A program made the translations under genes and the position numbers. This document shows positions 27,489 to 36,428 of a DNA stretch of 64,000 bases, piece after piece. Within the stretch, counting starts at the first letter, position 1, and each line of letters starts with the position of its first letter. This DNA is from Candidatus Buchananbacteria bacterium RIFCSPLOWO2_01_FULL_39_33 (GTDB taxonomy: Bacteria > Patescibacteriota > Patescibacteriia > 2-01-FULL-39-33): the NCBI GenBank assembly GCA_001817505.1, contig MHIM01000028.1:383-64382 (forward strand). Direction: 5' to 3'. The notes beneath the pieces are model-generated. The model saw nothing but the letters and a program-made list of their open reading frames with translations, was not told where the DNA came from and ran no database searches.

Positions 27489-29690
27489 TTAAGATTGGCA
27501 ATCCTTATTAGTGCATTTGATGTTGCCATATTTGTCTTCGCTTAGCGGATAACCGCAATTTTCGCATTTTTGGTCTAAGGGCTTATTCCAACTGGCAAAG
27601 TCGCATTTAGGATAATTGGAACAGCCGTAAAATAAGCCCTTCTTGCTTCTTTTAGCGACAATGTCACCAGCTTGGCATTTGGGGCATTTAATTCCCAGAT
27701 CCTGGGCGGCTTCATTCTTGATGTATTTGCATTTGGGATAATTGGAACAGCCCTTAAACTCGCCGTAGCGTCCGGTTCGCAGTACCAGATTAGCTCCGCA
27801 GTCCGGACATTTTTCAGCTAATTTCTTCGGTTCGGCTTTTTCTTCAACTTGTTCGCTGCCGTTTATTTTTTTGGTATTTTTGCATTTGGGATAATTGGAA
27901 CAAGCCAGGAATTTGCCGAAACGCCCGACTTTAATCACCATCGGCGAGCCGCATTTCTCGCATTTGGCATCGGTTTCTTCCTCGGTAATTTCTTTTTTAG
28001 TTAACTCTTTTTCTTTGGCCATAAGGTTTTTATTAAAGGGTTCATAAAATTTTTTTATTATCGGCTGCCATTTTTTTTGGCCTTCGGAAATTTCATCCAG
28101 GTTCTCTTCCATTTTAGCGGTGAAGTCGTAATCAACAATATCCGAGAAATGCTTGACTAAAAGGTCGTTAACCACTAAAGCGATGGCAGTCGGTTTTAAA
28201 CGGCGATTTTCAACTCTTTCGGCATAGCCCCTGTCAATGACGGTGGCAATGGTTGGAGCGTAAGTTGAGGGCCGACCGATGCCTTTTTCTTCCAAGATTT
28301 TAACCAAACTGGCATCGGAATATCTGGCTGGCGGCTGGGTGAATTTTTGCGCTAGCTTAAGGGCGATTAATTTTGCCTTCTCGCCTTTTTTTATCAGCGG
28401 CAGGATTTCATCTTGGGTTGAGGTCGGATAAACTTTCAAGAAGCCGTCAAATTTAATGACCTGGCCGTTGGTTCTGAAAGTATACTTATCGTCTTGAGTG
28501 TTGATATCAATAGTTGTCGCTTCCAGCTTGGCGCTGGACATCTGGCTGGCCAGAGCTCTTTGCCAAATCAGCTGGTAAAGCTTGAATTGCTGATCATTAA
28601 GCGATCCTTTGATTGAGGCCGGAGTTCTAATAATTGAAGTCGGACGAATAGCTTCATGGGCTTCTTGGGCGCCGCGGCTTTTGGTTTTGAATTCCCTGAC
28701 ATTAAGATAGGTCTGACCCAATTCAGCTTTTAGATAATCGGCGGCCTCGGCCAGGAATTTTTTAGACAGAGTGGTTGAATCGGTCCTCATATAAGTGATC
28801 AAGCCGATTGCCTCGCCGTTTATTTCCAGGCCTTCATAAAGTTTCTGGGCCACCAGCATGGTTTGCTTGGCGGAAAAGTTAAATCTTCTGTTGGCCTCTT
28901 GCTGCAGGGTGGAGGTGGTAAAAGGAGCGCTGGGGTTTCTCTTGACTTCTTTTTTGACTGCCTCGGCTATATAATAATCTTGCAACTCCAATTTTTCTTT
29001 TAATTCCTTAGCCTCTTTTTCCGATTTAATCGCCAATTTATCCAGGGTCTTATTATTAACCTTTTGCAGCTTGGCAGTGAAGTCATTATTTCTAATGGTC
29101 TGCCAATCGCCGGTTATTTCCCAGTATTCTTCAATTTGGAAATTTTGTATTTCTCTTTCACGTTCAACTATCAATCTGACTACTACCGACTGGACTCGGC
29201 CGGCGCTTAGCCCGCGAGCCACCTTTTTCCATAAAAAAGGCGAAAGCTTGTAGCCCACCAGCCGATCCAATATCCGGCGCGCCTGCTGGGAATCAACCAT
29301 AGCCAGGTTAATTGTTCGGGGATTTTTCAAGGCCTCTTTGATGGCCTCTTCGGTAATTTCATGGAAAGTTATTCTTTTGGTTTGGCCAATCGGCGTTTTA
29401 AATATTTGAGCCAGATGCCAAGAAATTGCTTCGCCTTCGCGATCTTCGTCAGTGGCAAAATATATTAAATCGGCTCCTTTAGCCAAGGCGCTTAATTCCT
29501 TAACTCTTTTTTTGGCCTTGGCGGGAATGACGTATTCCGGTTCAAAATTATCATCAATGTCAACTCCCAATTCATCGGTTGGCAGATCCCTGATATGCCC
29601 GAAAGAGGACTCTACTTGGAAATCTTTAGCTAAGAATTTTGAGATGGTTTTGGCTTTGGTTGGCGATTCCACTATGACGAGATTTTTCAT
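27489..29690 (-). CDS. topA: DNA topoisomerase I with C-terminal zinc ribbons
   Basis: LVIVESPTKAK, ATDEDREGE, SAGRVQS, ITYMRTDS, repeated CSNYPKC. Confidence 0.98.
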   Translation of the reverse strand: MKNLVIVESPTKAKTISKFLAKDFQVESSFGHIRDLPTDELGVDIDDNFEPEYVIPAKAKKRVKELSALAKGADLIYFATDEDREGEAISWHLAQIFKTPIGQTKRITFHEITEEAIKEALKNPRTINLAMVDSQQARRILDRLVGYKLSPFLWKKVARGLSAGRVQSVVVRLIVEREREIQNFQIEEYWEITGDWQTIRNNDFTAKLQKVNNKTLDKLAIKSEKEAKELKEKLELQDYYIAEAVKKEVKRNPSAPFTTSTLQQEANRRFNFSAKQTMLVAQKLYEGLEINGEAIGLITYMRTDSTTLSKKFLAEAADYLKAELGQTYLNVREFKTKSRGAQEAHEAIRPTSIIRTPASIKGSLNDQQFKLYQLIWQRALASQMSSAKLEATTIDINTQDDKYTFRTNGQVIKFDGFLKVYPTSTQDEILPLIKKGEKAKLIALKLAQKFTQPPARYSDASLVKILEEKGIGRPSTYAPTIATVIDRGYAERVENRRLKPTAIALVVNDLLVKHFSDIVDYDFTAKMEENLDEISEGQKKWQPIIKKFYEPFNKNLMAKEKELTKKEITEEETDAKCEKCGSPMVIKVGRFGKFLACSNYPKCKNTKKINGSEQVEEKAEPKKLAEKCPDCGANLVLRTGRYGEFKGCSNYPKCKYIKNEAAQDLGIKCPKCQAGDIVAKRSKKGLFYGCSNYPKCDFASWNKPLDQKCENCGYPLSEDKYGNIKCTNKDCQS

Positions 29691-29725
29691 TTGATCTGAG
29701 TTAATTTTTAGAGATAATTTTACTA

Positions 29726-30847
29726 TTATCTCTTAAGGTAGTGTTTGCCCCCGATGTCTTTTATCAGCCCTTTTATTTCCAACATCGTTAGAGCGCTTGA
29801 GAGGACATTAATATTAAGTTTACTCAATTGTTTGATTTTGTCAATGTGCAGCGGCTCTTTGGACAATAAATTGAAAACAATTTTTTCTTCTTCTTGACTG
29901 ATGGCCGGCTCATTTTTTGTTTCTTGGAGAATTACCTGGATGTTAAATTCTTGCAAAATGTCATCAGCACCGGTGATTAGCTTGGCGCCCTGCTTAATCA
30001 GATTATTTACCCCTTTTGAATTATGGCTGTAAATGCTGCCGGGTATAGCAAAAACATCTCGATTTTGATCCAAGGCGTATTTGGCGGTAATTAACGCCCC
30101 AGAACTTTCCGGCGCTTCTATGACCAAAACCCCTTTAGCCAAACCGGAGATGATCCTGTTTCTCATAGGGAAGGTATATTTGGTCGGAGCCGTGCCAACC
30201 GGATACTCGGAGATGACTGCTCCCTGGGAACTGATTATCTTATCAATTAAGTACCTATTGCTTGAAGGGTAGACAGAGGGCTGATCTGCTCCCGATCCTA
30301 GGATAGCGACTGTTTTGCCGTTGGCGTTTAAGCAAGCTAGATGAGCCAGGGCATCTATACCCAGCGCTAAACCAGAGATGATGGTAAGGCCTCTTTCGGC
30401 CAATTGGTAAACGATTTCTTCAGTGGCTTGCCGGCCGTAAGCGGAAAATTTTCTGGTGCCGACTACCGCCAAACAGATGTTGTTCAAGGCATCAATTGAG
30501 CCGCGCAGGTATAAAAGAGGCGGAGGATTATATATTTCTTTTAAAGCCCTGGGGTAGTTATCGTCTTTAATGGTGATGGTTTTTAAACCCTCTTGATTCA
30601 CCAAGTTCAATTCCTGGTCGGGGTTAATTTGACTTCTCCTGATTATTATTTCTTCAACTAAATCCTTATTAAGGCCGGCTGAAATAAGCTTATTGGCATT
30701 GGCCTGCCAAGCCGTTTTTAAGTCGTTAAAATAATTGGCCAATTTTTTGAAATTAATCGGACCGATTTTTTGGATTCTTGAGTAAGCTAGCCAGTATTTC
30801 AAATCAGAACTGTGTTCATTTTTATTTTCGCTGATTTTTTCCTCCAC
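29726..30847 (-). CDS. dprA: DNA-processing protein DprA
   Basis: AVVGTR, ISGLALGID, FPMRNRIISGL, SGALITA. Confidence 0.96.
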   Translation of the reverse strand: MEEKISENKNEHSSDLKYWLAYSRIQKIGPINFKKLANYFNDLKTAWQANANKLISAGLNKDLVEEIIIRRSQINPDQELNLVNQEGLKTITIKDDNYPRALKEIYNPPPLLYLRGSIDALNNICLAVVGTRKFSAYGRQATEEIVYQLAERGLTIISGLALGIDALAHLACLNANGKTVAILGSGADQPSVYPSSNRYLIDKIISSQGAVISEYPVGTAPTKYTFPMRNRIISGLAKGVLVIEAPESSGALITAKYALDQNRDVFAIPGSIYSHNSKGVNNLIKQGAKLITGADDILQEFNIQVILQETKNEPAISQEEEKIVFNLLSKEPLHIDKIKQLSKLNINVLSSALTMLEIKGLIKDIGGKHYLKR

Positions 30848-30871
30848 CTGATGAAGTTTATTTATCCGGTA

Positions 30872-30900
30872 TTGACAATTTACCGGTTATTTGCTAAGGT
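30872..30900 (+). promoter_or_regulatory. Sigma70 promoter of the ncRNA/tRNA cluster
   Basis: TTGACA-N17-TAAGGT with extended TG. Confidence 0.65.
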
Positions 30901-30916
30901 CTAATATTGGTAAGGG

Positions 30917-31047
30917 TAATAACTGCTGTTCTGCCTGCTAGTTGATAGATCTGGTTGTCCCCCTCCTGGTAACTTGATTTATCGCCAATTATGATTTTAC
31001 TCTTAATGGGTAGAGTTATATACTAGTAGGCAGTATAGCAGCTATTA
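30917..31047 (+). ncRNA. Unassigned structured RNA candidate (three-way junction, CCCCCTCC loop)
   Basis: 26-bp imperfect closing stem plus two inner hairpins; mismatches are mostly G-U on the + strand. Confidence 0.55.
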
Positions 31048-31069
31048 TTTTTCGGACTTTTAAAACCAA

Positions 31070-31145
31070 GCGAGGGTAGCCAAATCGGTAAGGTGGGGGC
31101 CTGCAAAGCTCTTAATTGCCGGTTCAAGTCCGGCCTCTCGCTCCA
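31070..31145 (+). tRNA. tRNA-Cys(GCA)
   Basis: GCGAGGGTAGCCAAATCGGTAAGGT..GGGGCCT-GCA-AAGCTCT..GGTTCAAGTCC..CTCGCTCCA; U73 discriminator. Confidence 0.92.
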
Positions 31146-31156
31146 AACTTCAATAT

Positions 31157-31248
31157 GAGGAGATGGATTTCTGACGATTACGCCTTTGGGTCAAGTGACC
31201 GTTTAAGTCGTCAGTGAAATCTTCTTGGGAGAACCCAAGCATCTCCTC
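31157..31248 (+). ncRNA. Unassigned structured RNA candidate between tRNAs
   Basis: GAGGAGATG/CATCTCCTC closing stem, CTGACGAT/GTCGTCAG arm, CTTGGG-AGAA-CCCAAG hairpin. Confidence 0.5.
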
Positions 31249-31258
31249 TCCCAATTTA

Positions 31259-31347
31259 CGGGGTGTAGCTTAAAGGGTTAGAGCCCCTGCCATGGATGGT
31301 ACATGGATGTGGGGGAGATGGTGGTCCAAATCCGCCCATCCCGACCA
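31259..31347 (+). tRNA. Atypical tRNA-Pro(TGG)-like gene with extended anticodon arm (possible pseudogene)
   Basis: CGGGGTG/CATCCCG-A-CCA acceptor (C1-G72, A73), D and T arms present, anticodon arm ~11 nt too long. Confidence 0.6.
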
Positions 31348-31362
31348 AACTGCCTCTTCAGT

Positions 31363-31449
31363 GCTTGAGTGGTGGAATTGGCAGACACAACGGACTTAAA
31401 ATCCGTTGGCTTAACAGCCGTGCGGGTTCAAGTCCCGCCTCGAGCACCA
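31363..31449 (+). tRNA. tRNA-Leu(TAA)
   Basis: GCTTGAGTGGTGGAATTGGCAGACACAACGGACT-TAA-AATCCGT, long variable arm, CCA. Confidence 0.96.
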
Positions 31450-31514
31450 CTGCTTTTTAAAAACAAGGAGGTAATTCAATGACAGAACACTGCCTGACTT
31501 TCCCCTCGTCAACT

Positions 31515-32081
31515 TTAATTATATTTGTTCATTGCGCTGTCAAGCGAAACAGACACCGTCTCTTCAACTGCTGAGGCGGTTTTTTTTATAATTTCTTTGG
31601 CTTGATGGGATTGTAGCCAGCCGATTTTTGTCAAAACATAATCAGCGCCGTCCATTTTTTCTTTTTTGGGGGTAGCCACGCCCAGCCGGATTCTAATAAA
31701 ATCCTGGGTTTTTAAATGTTGAATGATGGATTTAACGCCATTATGCCCGCCAGCTGAAGCATCTTTAACTATTTTTATTCGACCCAGAGGCAAATCAATG
31801 TCGTCATGGATAATGATAATGTCTTTAGCCCCTAATTTATAGTATTTGACTAAAATGCCCACTGCTTCACCGGAACTGTTCATATAAGTCGTGGGCTTGG
31901 CTAAGATAATTTTTTCAGCTTTGATTTGCCCAGTGGTAATTTCCGCTTTGAATTTTTTAGTTTCTTTAAAATCAGAAAAATTAAAATCGTCAGCCAAATT
32001 ATCAATAGCTAAAAAGCCGATATTGTGCCAGGTTTTTAAGTAAGCTTTCCCGGGATTGCCTAAACCGACTATAAGTTTCAT
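31515..32081 (-). CDS. pth: Peptidyl-tRNA hydrolase
   Basis: LIVGLGNPG, HNIGF, KPTTYMN, HDDIDL, GGHNGVKS. Confidence 0.97.
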   Translation of the reverse strand: MKLIVGLGNPGKAYLKTWHNIGFLAIDNLADDFNFSDFKETKKFKAEITTGQIKAEKIILAKPTTYMNSSGEAVGILVKYYKLGAKDIIIIHDDIDLPLGRIKIVKDASAGGHNGVKSIIQHLKTQDFIRIRLGVATPKKEKMDGADYVLTKIGWLQSHQAKEIIKKTASAVEETVSVSLDSAMNKYN

Positions 32082-32176
32082 AATTTTAAAAAATTAAAAA
32101 TATAAAATTATAAAAATATAAAACAATAATATCAAATATCTAATATTTATTTTTAGGTTTTTATATTTTTACGTTT

Positions 32177-33610
32177 TTATTTTGTAGCTTTTAATTTAGC
32201 CACTGCTTTAGCGATATTTTCTCGTTGACCATATTTTTTATTCTCTTTGGCTTCAATGGACACGTTCCATTTTTTGGTTTCCATCTGGATCGGCGTGCCT
32301 AAAATATGGAATTTTTCCCTGATATTATTTTGTAAGAATCTGATGTAAGAAAAATGCAGGATTTTAGGGTCATTAACATAAAGCAAGAATCTGGGCGGCT
32401 TAGTGCCGACTTGCTCTATCTTATAGATATAAGGATTCCTCAAGCCGCGGCCCCGCGCCGGTCGGTGCCGGCTGATTTGGTATTTTAAGAATTTATCTAG
32501 CTGGCTTTTGGAGAGCTGGATGGCTTTTGATTTCTCAATATCAATTATCATATCTAAGATTTTTCTGGTCCGAACCCCATCTTTGGCGGAAACGAAAATA
32601 ATCGGCGCCCACCAAAGATAGGGGAATTGGTTGTAATAATAATCAACATATTGGTTGACGGTGTTGGTTTCTTTAGCGGGTATCAAGTCCCATTTATTGG
32701 CCACGATAATCAAGGACTTGCCGCTGTCTAAAATTTCCTGGGTAACTTTTTTGTCTAAAGCATCTATTTTTTTCTGGGCTTCCGTGACAAAAACCACCAC
32801 CTCGGCCTGACTGATGGTCTGGAGGGATTTTTCAATTGAGGCCCTGGCCAGCGTCTTATAGCCAACTCGGCTTTTTCTGACAATGCCGGCGGTATCAATT
32901 AAAATGAAATTATAATCTTTATAAGAGAATTCAATATCGTGTGATTCACGGGTGGTATGGGCGATATCAGTGACAATCACTCTTTCCTCACCCAAGATGG
33001 AATTTAAAATTGAGGACTTGCCGACATTGGGTTTGCCCACAATGGCCACTTTAATTTCCGGTTTCTTTTTTTCTGGCACTGACCGGTTTTTTCTTTTAGG
33101 CAGACGACTGACCAGCAAATCCAGCAAGTCGCCGCAACCCGAGCCATTAGCGGCGGAAATCATTTGCGGTTCGCCTAAATTAAGCGAATACAAATCTCCT
33201 GCCATTTGGTGGTATTTAAGAGAATCGGCTTTATTACCGACTAAAATCGTTCTGGACTTAGAACTGCTTTTGATAATTTCTCTAGCCAGTTCTTTATCGG
33301 TGGGTAAAACGCCGTTTTTAATGTCAATTAAAAAAAGCATCAAGTCAGCGTCGGCTATGGCTTTCTGGGCTTGTTTGACAATATTCTTTTCTATTGGCCC
33401 GGCCTGGCTGCTTTCAATATCCAAGCCGCCGGTGTCAATCAGAATAAAGTATTTTCCTTGCCAAGAAACTTTATCAATGTTTCTATCTCTGGTAGTGCCG
33501 GACAGGGGTGAAACCAAGGCTTTATTTTTTTCCACCAAACGGTTGAACAAGGTTGACTTGCCGACATTAGCTCGGCCGACGATAGCGATTTGCGGAAGTG
33601 TGGTTTTCAT
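32177..33610 (-). CDS. der: Ribosome biogenesis GTPase Der (EngA)
   Basis: Two G domains GRANVGKS/GKPNVGKS, DTGG/DTAG, NKAD/NKWD; start taken at MKTTLP. Confidence 0.96.
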   Translation of the reverse strand: MKTTLPQIAIVGRANVGKSTLFNRLVEKNKALVSPLSGTTRDRNIDKVSWQGKYFILIDTGGLDIESSQAGPIEKNIVKQAQKAIADADLMLFLIDIKNGVLPTDKELAREIIKSSSKSRTILVGNKADSLKYHQMAGDLYSLNLGEPQMISAANGSGCGDLLDLLVSRLPKRKNRSVPEKKKPEIKVAIVGKPNVGKSSILNSILGEERVIVTDIAHTTRESHDIEFSYKDYNFILIDTAGIVRKSRVGYKTLARASIEKSLQTISQAEVVVFVTEAQKKIDALDKKVTQEILDSGKSLIIVANKWDLIPAKETNTVNQYVDYYYNQFPYLWWAPIIFVSAKDGVRTRKILDMIIDIEKSKAIQLSKSQLDKFLKYQISRHRPARGRGLRNPYIYKIEQVGTKPPRFLLYVNDPKILHFSYIRFLQNNIREKFHILGTPIQMETKKWNVSIEAKENKKYGQRENIAKAVAKLKATK

Positions 33611-33706
33611 AATAATTATAGTATCGCAAATAATTCTTCTTGGCAATTTAAAGTCAAACAAAAAGCCCGCCATTGAGACGGGTTTTTAAATGAATAAATT
33701 TCTATT

Positions 33707-34002
33707 TTATTTGTATCTTTTAATTATTACTCCGAAAAAGTCATTAGCGCATAATGGGCAGTGTTCACTTTCAAAAAATAAGCCACTAAGTGATTTAGGC
33801 CAATTGATATTGAATATATCGGCGATTTCTTGCGCTTTATCGCTAGAAAAACCTTGGACAAAACCGCAACTTTTACAGAAAGAGACGATGGCCGCTCCTT
33901 CACTTAAAACTTCTTTTATTTTTTTTCATCTAACTGATTTGCTTCATTAGCGGGTGCTTTAATTACTCGGCCCAAAAGAGAATTTTTAAGGTTATCTTCC
34001 AT
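33707..34002 (-). pseudogene. ~98-aa CxxC..CxxC zinc-binding protein broken by a frameshift in an A8 run
   Basis: MEDNLK..LDEKK*; adding one A at 33919-33926 continues IKEVLSEG..FCKSCG..HCPLCA..KRYK*. Confidence 0.55.
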
Positions 34003-34009
34003 AATATGG

Positions 34010-34558
34010 TTACCTTGCTTTTTTAGAATACCCGGACTTTCTAACTTGTTTTTCTTGGAAAATTTCAATAATTTCTTGGGCGGTTCTGGCTATTAAACTC
34101 TGATAATCTTCTTTATCAATGTTCGGGTCAAGTCCTTCGGTTGGATATATTAGTAAAATATCAGTTTTCAATGTTGCCGGTTTTTCAACTGGATGAGTTT
34201 TTAGATCAATAGTAATGGTATAGGTAAAATCACCATCATCTATCTCAAAGAAAGCATCTATGTGGTGCAGATAATCCAAGGGTGAGCCGACGGCGGTAAA
34301 AAACCTTACCCGATTATAATCGTTAGGATAAACTCTTTCAACGATAGTGGCTTGAAGATCGTTGGCAAATCTTGGTTCCGGATCGCTGGGGTTACCGGGT
34401 TGGCTTTCTTGGACCAGTCGCAACGCTTCATTTCTGGTCATATAATTATGACCTTCTCGCCAGTTTTCAAATTCTACTGGTCTTATCACTTCTCCAAAAA
34501 TTTCTGATTCTGCCATTGATCCGGTCAAACCAAAATGAGGTTTTCCGCGATGTTTCAT
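34010..34558 (-). CDS. Hypothetical protein (possible PD-(D/E)xK-like fold)
   Basis: FFTAVGSPLDYLHHIDAFFE..TIDLKT; start taken at MKHRG. Confidence 0.65.
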   Translation of the reverse strand: MKHRGKPHFGLTGSMAESEIFGEVIRPVEFENWREGHNYMTRNEALRLVQESQPGNPSDPEPRFANDLQATIVERVYPNDYNRVRFFTAVGSPLDYLHHIDAFFEIDDGDFTYTITIDLKTHPVEKPATLKTDILLIYPTEGLDPNIDKEDYQSLIARTAQEIIEIFQEKQVRKSGYSKKAR

Positions 34559-34709
34559 ATTAGCCGTTAAATATTTATTTATGTTTTTTATATTATCATT
34601 TTTTAAAACTACTGACAATTATATTAGATGTTAGGGTTAAATCATCATTGACTTTTTTAAAAGGAAGTGTTAGGTTTTGATCAGCACTTTAACAATCAAG
34701 GAGTGAGTC

Positions 34710-34970
34710 ATGAACCATTTTAACAGGCAAGACCTTTGGTTTTTAGAACCGCTTGACGAGAGGACTAAAGCAGTTCTGGCTTCCAAGTTGTCCCAGGAAA
34801 ATTTTTCGAGGCAAATTGAGTGCGCTGACGGGCTAAAAAGAGATCTTTGGCAAGTCAGTAATTTGTTTATTATTAATTTGCAAGAAAATTGGCGAGCTTT
34901 CGGCCTGCATTTCAATATTTATGTCAAGCATAAAGACCGGCTGGCTGCCCGCTGGGAAATTGCTGATTAA
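34710..34970 (+). CDS. Hypothetical protein
   Basis: SD AAGGAG upstream; first gene of a two-gene unit. Confidence 0.6.
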   Translation: MNHFNRQDLWFLEPLDERTKAVLASKLSQENFSRQIECADGLKRDLWQVSNLFIINLQENWRAFGLHFNIYVKHKDRLAARWEIAD

Positions 34971-34984
34971 AGAGGAGAAAGCCA

Positions 34985-35323
34985 ATGTATTATTGCAGAA
35001 AATCGGACTGTCCGGGACATTTTTTAAGAGGTCAAACCTGTTTTATCTTCTATCCTTTAAGTTATCGTTGTAACGAAATTGGTTGCCCCGGTCATCTTAA
35101 AAAGGGTGAGAAATGTTTTCCTCATGTTTTTTATTGCCAAGAATTGGGCTGTCCGGGCCATCAGCGTTTAGACCAAGCCTGCTTGCCCCGGATCATTTTT
35201 TGCGGTGAAAAAAATTGTCCAGGCCACTACGGTTCTGGACGATGCTTGTATTATTGCAAAAAAGTAGATTGTCCCGGTCATCGTCTTCCCTTTAGCCAAT
35301 GTGCTGGCCGCCAATTGCCTTGA
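34985..35323 (+). CDS. Cys/His-rich protein with five C-x4-CPGH-x5/6-C repeats
   Basis: SD GAGGAG; repeats read directly. Confidence 0.7.
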   Translation: MYYCRKSDCPGHFLRGQTCFIFYPLSYRCNEIGCPGHLKKGEKCFPHVFYCQELGCPGHQRLDQACLPRIIFCGEKNCPGHYGSGRCLYYCKKVDCPGHRLPFSQCAGRQLP

Positions 35324-35554
35324 GATCAGCGGTCTGATTTTTAACTAACATTTTTCCAACCTCTTATTAATAAAGATAAATCAGTCCCGAACGTCAGAAT
35401 CGTTTGGGATTTTTTTATCCATTATTTTTAGGTTATAATTAAAACTATCAGTTTGGCATGGTTTTTTCGCCCCAAAGACCGAGACCTTATTATTCAGTGC
35501 AATTAGCCAATTATTTTGCTATAATAAAAATAACCTAAAAATAATTTCAAATCT

Positions 35555-36388
35555 ATGGATGATATGAGTCAAGCGCCTCCAATGGCGCCAGCTCCGGCTT
35601 ACACTTATACCGGTCCCAGCCAATTTGATTACAAAGACCGGCAAATCCATTATGAAATCAAAAAGCGTCACTGGCAAAGGTGGGTTTTTTACGGCTTGAT
35701 TTCGGTTTTGTTCCTGGGTATGACCGTTTACATTGTCAAAGTTTATAGTGATAACCTCAAGTTGGTCAATGATATATTAGCGGTTAATCAAAACTTGAAA
35801 ATCACTGTTGCCAATTTGACTGAATCGGAAAAGAAATTAGTTGAAAGGCAAAGGCAGATTGGCGAACTGGAAAAATCAATTGCCGACAATCAGGCAATTT
35901 TAGACCAAAAAACTGATGACTTAAAAAAAGCGACTGATGAACAAACCCAACTGATAAACAAATATCAGAATTTTAAGGTCAAACTGGGTTCGGCTGATGC
36001 CAATATCTATTCTTTTTTGATAAATTTCAGCACCGGCGTTTCGGCTGAAGATGTCGCTAAAATTCCCTTGGCGGAATATAATTTCGGCGGAGAAGATACT
36101 GATAAAGACGGCTTATCTAATGCCATTGAATCGGCTTTAGGCACCGATACCAGCAAAAAAGACAGTGATGGCGACAGTTTTGAAGATAAAGCGGAAATAT
36201 TAGCTGGCTATAACCCATTAGGAAAGGGCAAACTGCCAATTGACCAAACCTTTATCGCCCTGAACAAGGGTTTGATTCTGATTCAAGTGGAGCAAAATAA
36301 AGAGGCCTGGTATGTCAGCCCCAAGGACGGCCAGCGCTATTTTTTAGGCAGTCCGGCTGATGTTTTGACCGAAATTGAAAAATTATAA
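35555..36388 (+). CDS. Membrane-anchored coiled-coil protein with DxDxDG calcium-binding (bacterial TSP3-like) repeats
   Basis: TM, coiled coil, DTDKDGLSN..DSDGDSFED..GYNPLG. Confidence 0.75.
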   Translation: MDDMSQAPPMAPAPAYTYTGPSQFDYKDRQIHYEIKKRHWQRWVFYGLISVLFLGMTVYIVKVYSDNLKLVNDILAVNQNLKITVANLTESEKKLVERQRQIGELEKSIADNQAILDQKTDDLKKATDEQTQLINKYQNFKVKLGSADANIYSFLINFSTGVSAEDVAKIPLAEYNFGGEDTDKDGLSNAIESALGTDTSKKDSDGDSFEDKAEILAGYNPLGKGKLPIDQTFIALNKGLILIQVEQNKEAWYVSPKDGQRYFLGSPADVLTEIEKL

Positions 36389-36428
36389 TAAATTATAAAA
36401 ACAGCCGCTACCTCGGCTGTTTTTACAA

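Noticed and set aside
32952-33689. 245-aa ORF antisense to der (likewise ORFs antisense to ftsA, ftsZ, glyQS and the giant gene)
   Set aside because: Antisense shadows of conserved genes with no independent motifs.
33690-33950. 86-aa plus-strand ORF
   Set aside because: The opposite-strand frameshifted CxxC gene explains the region better.
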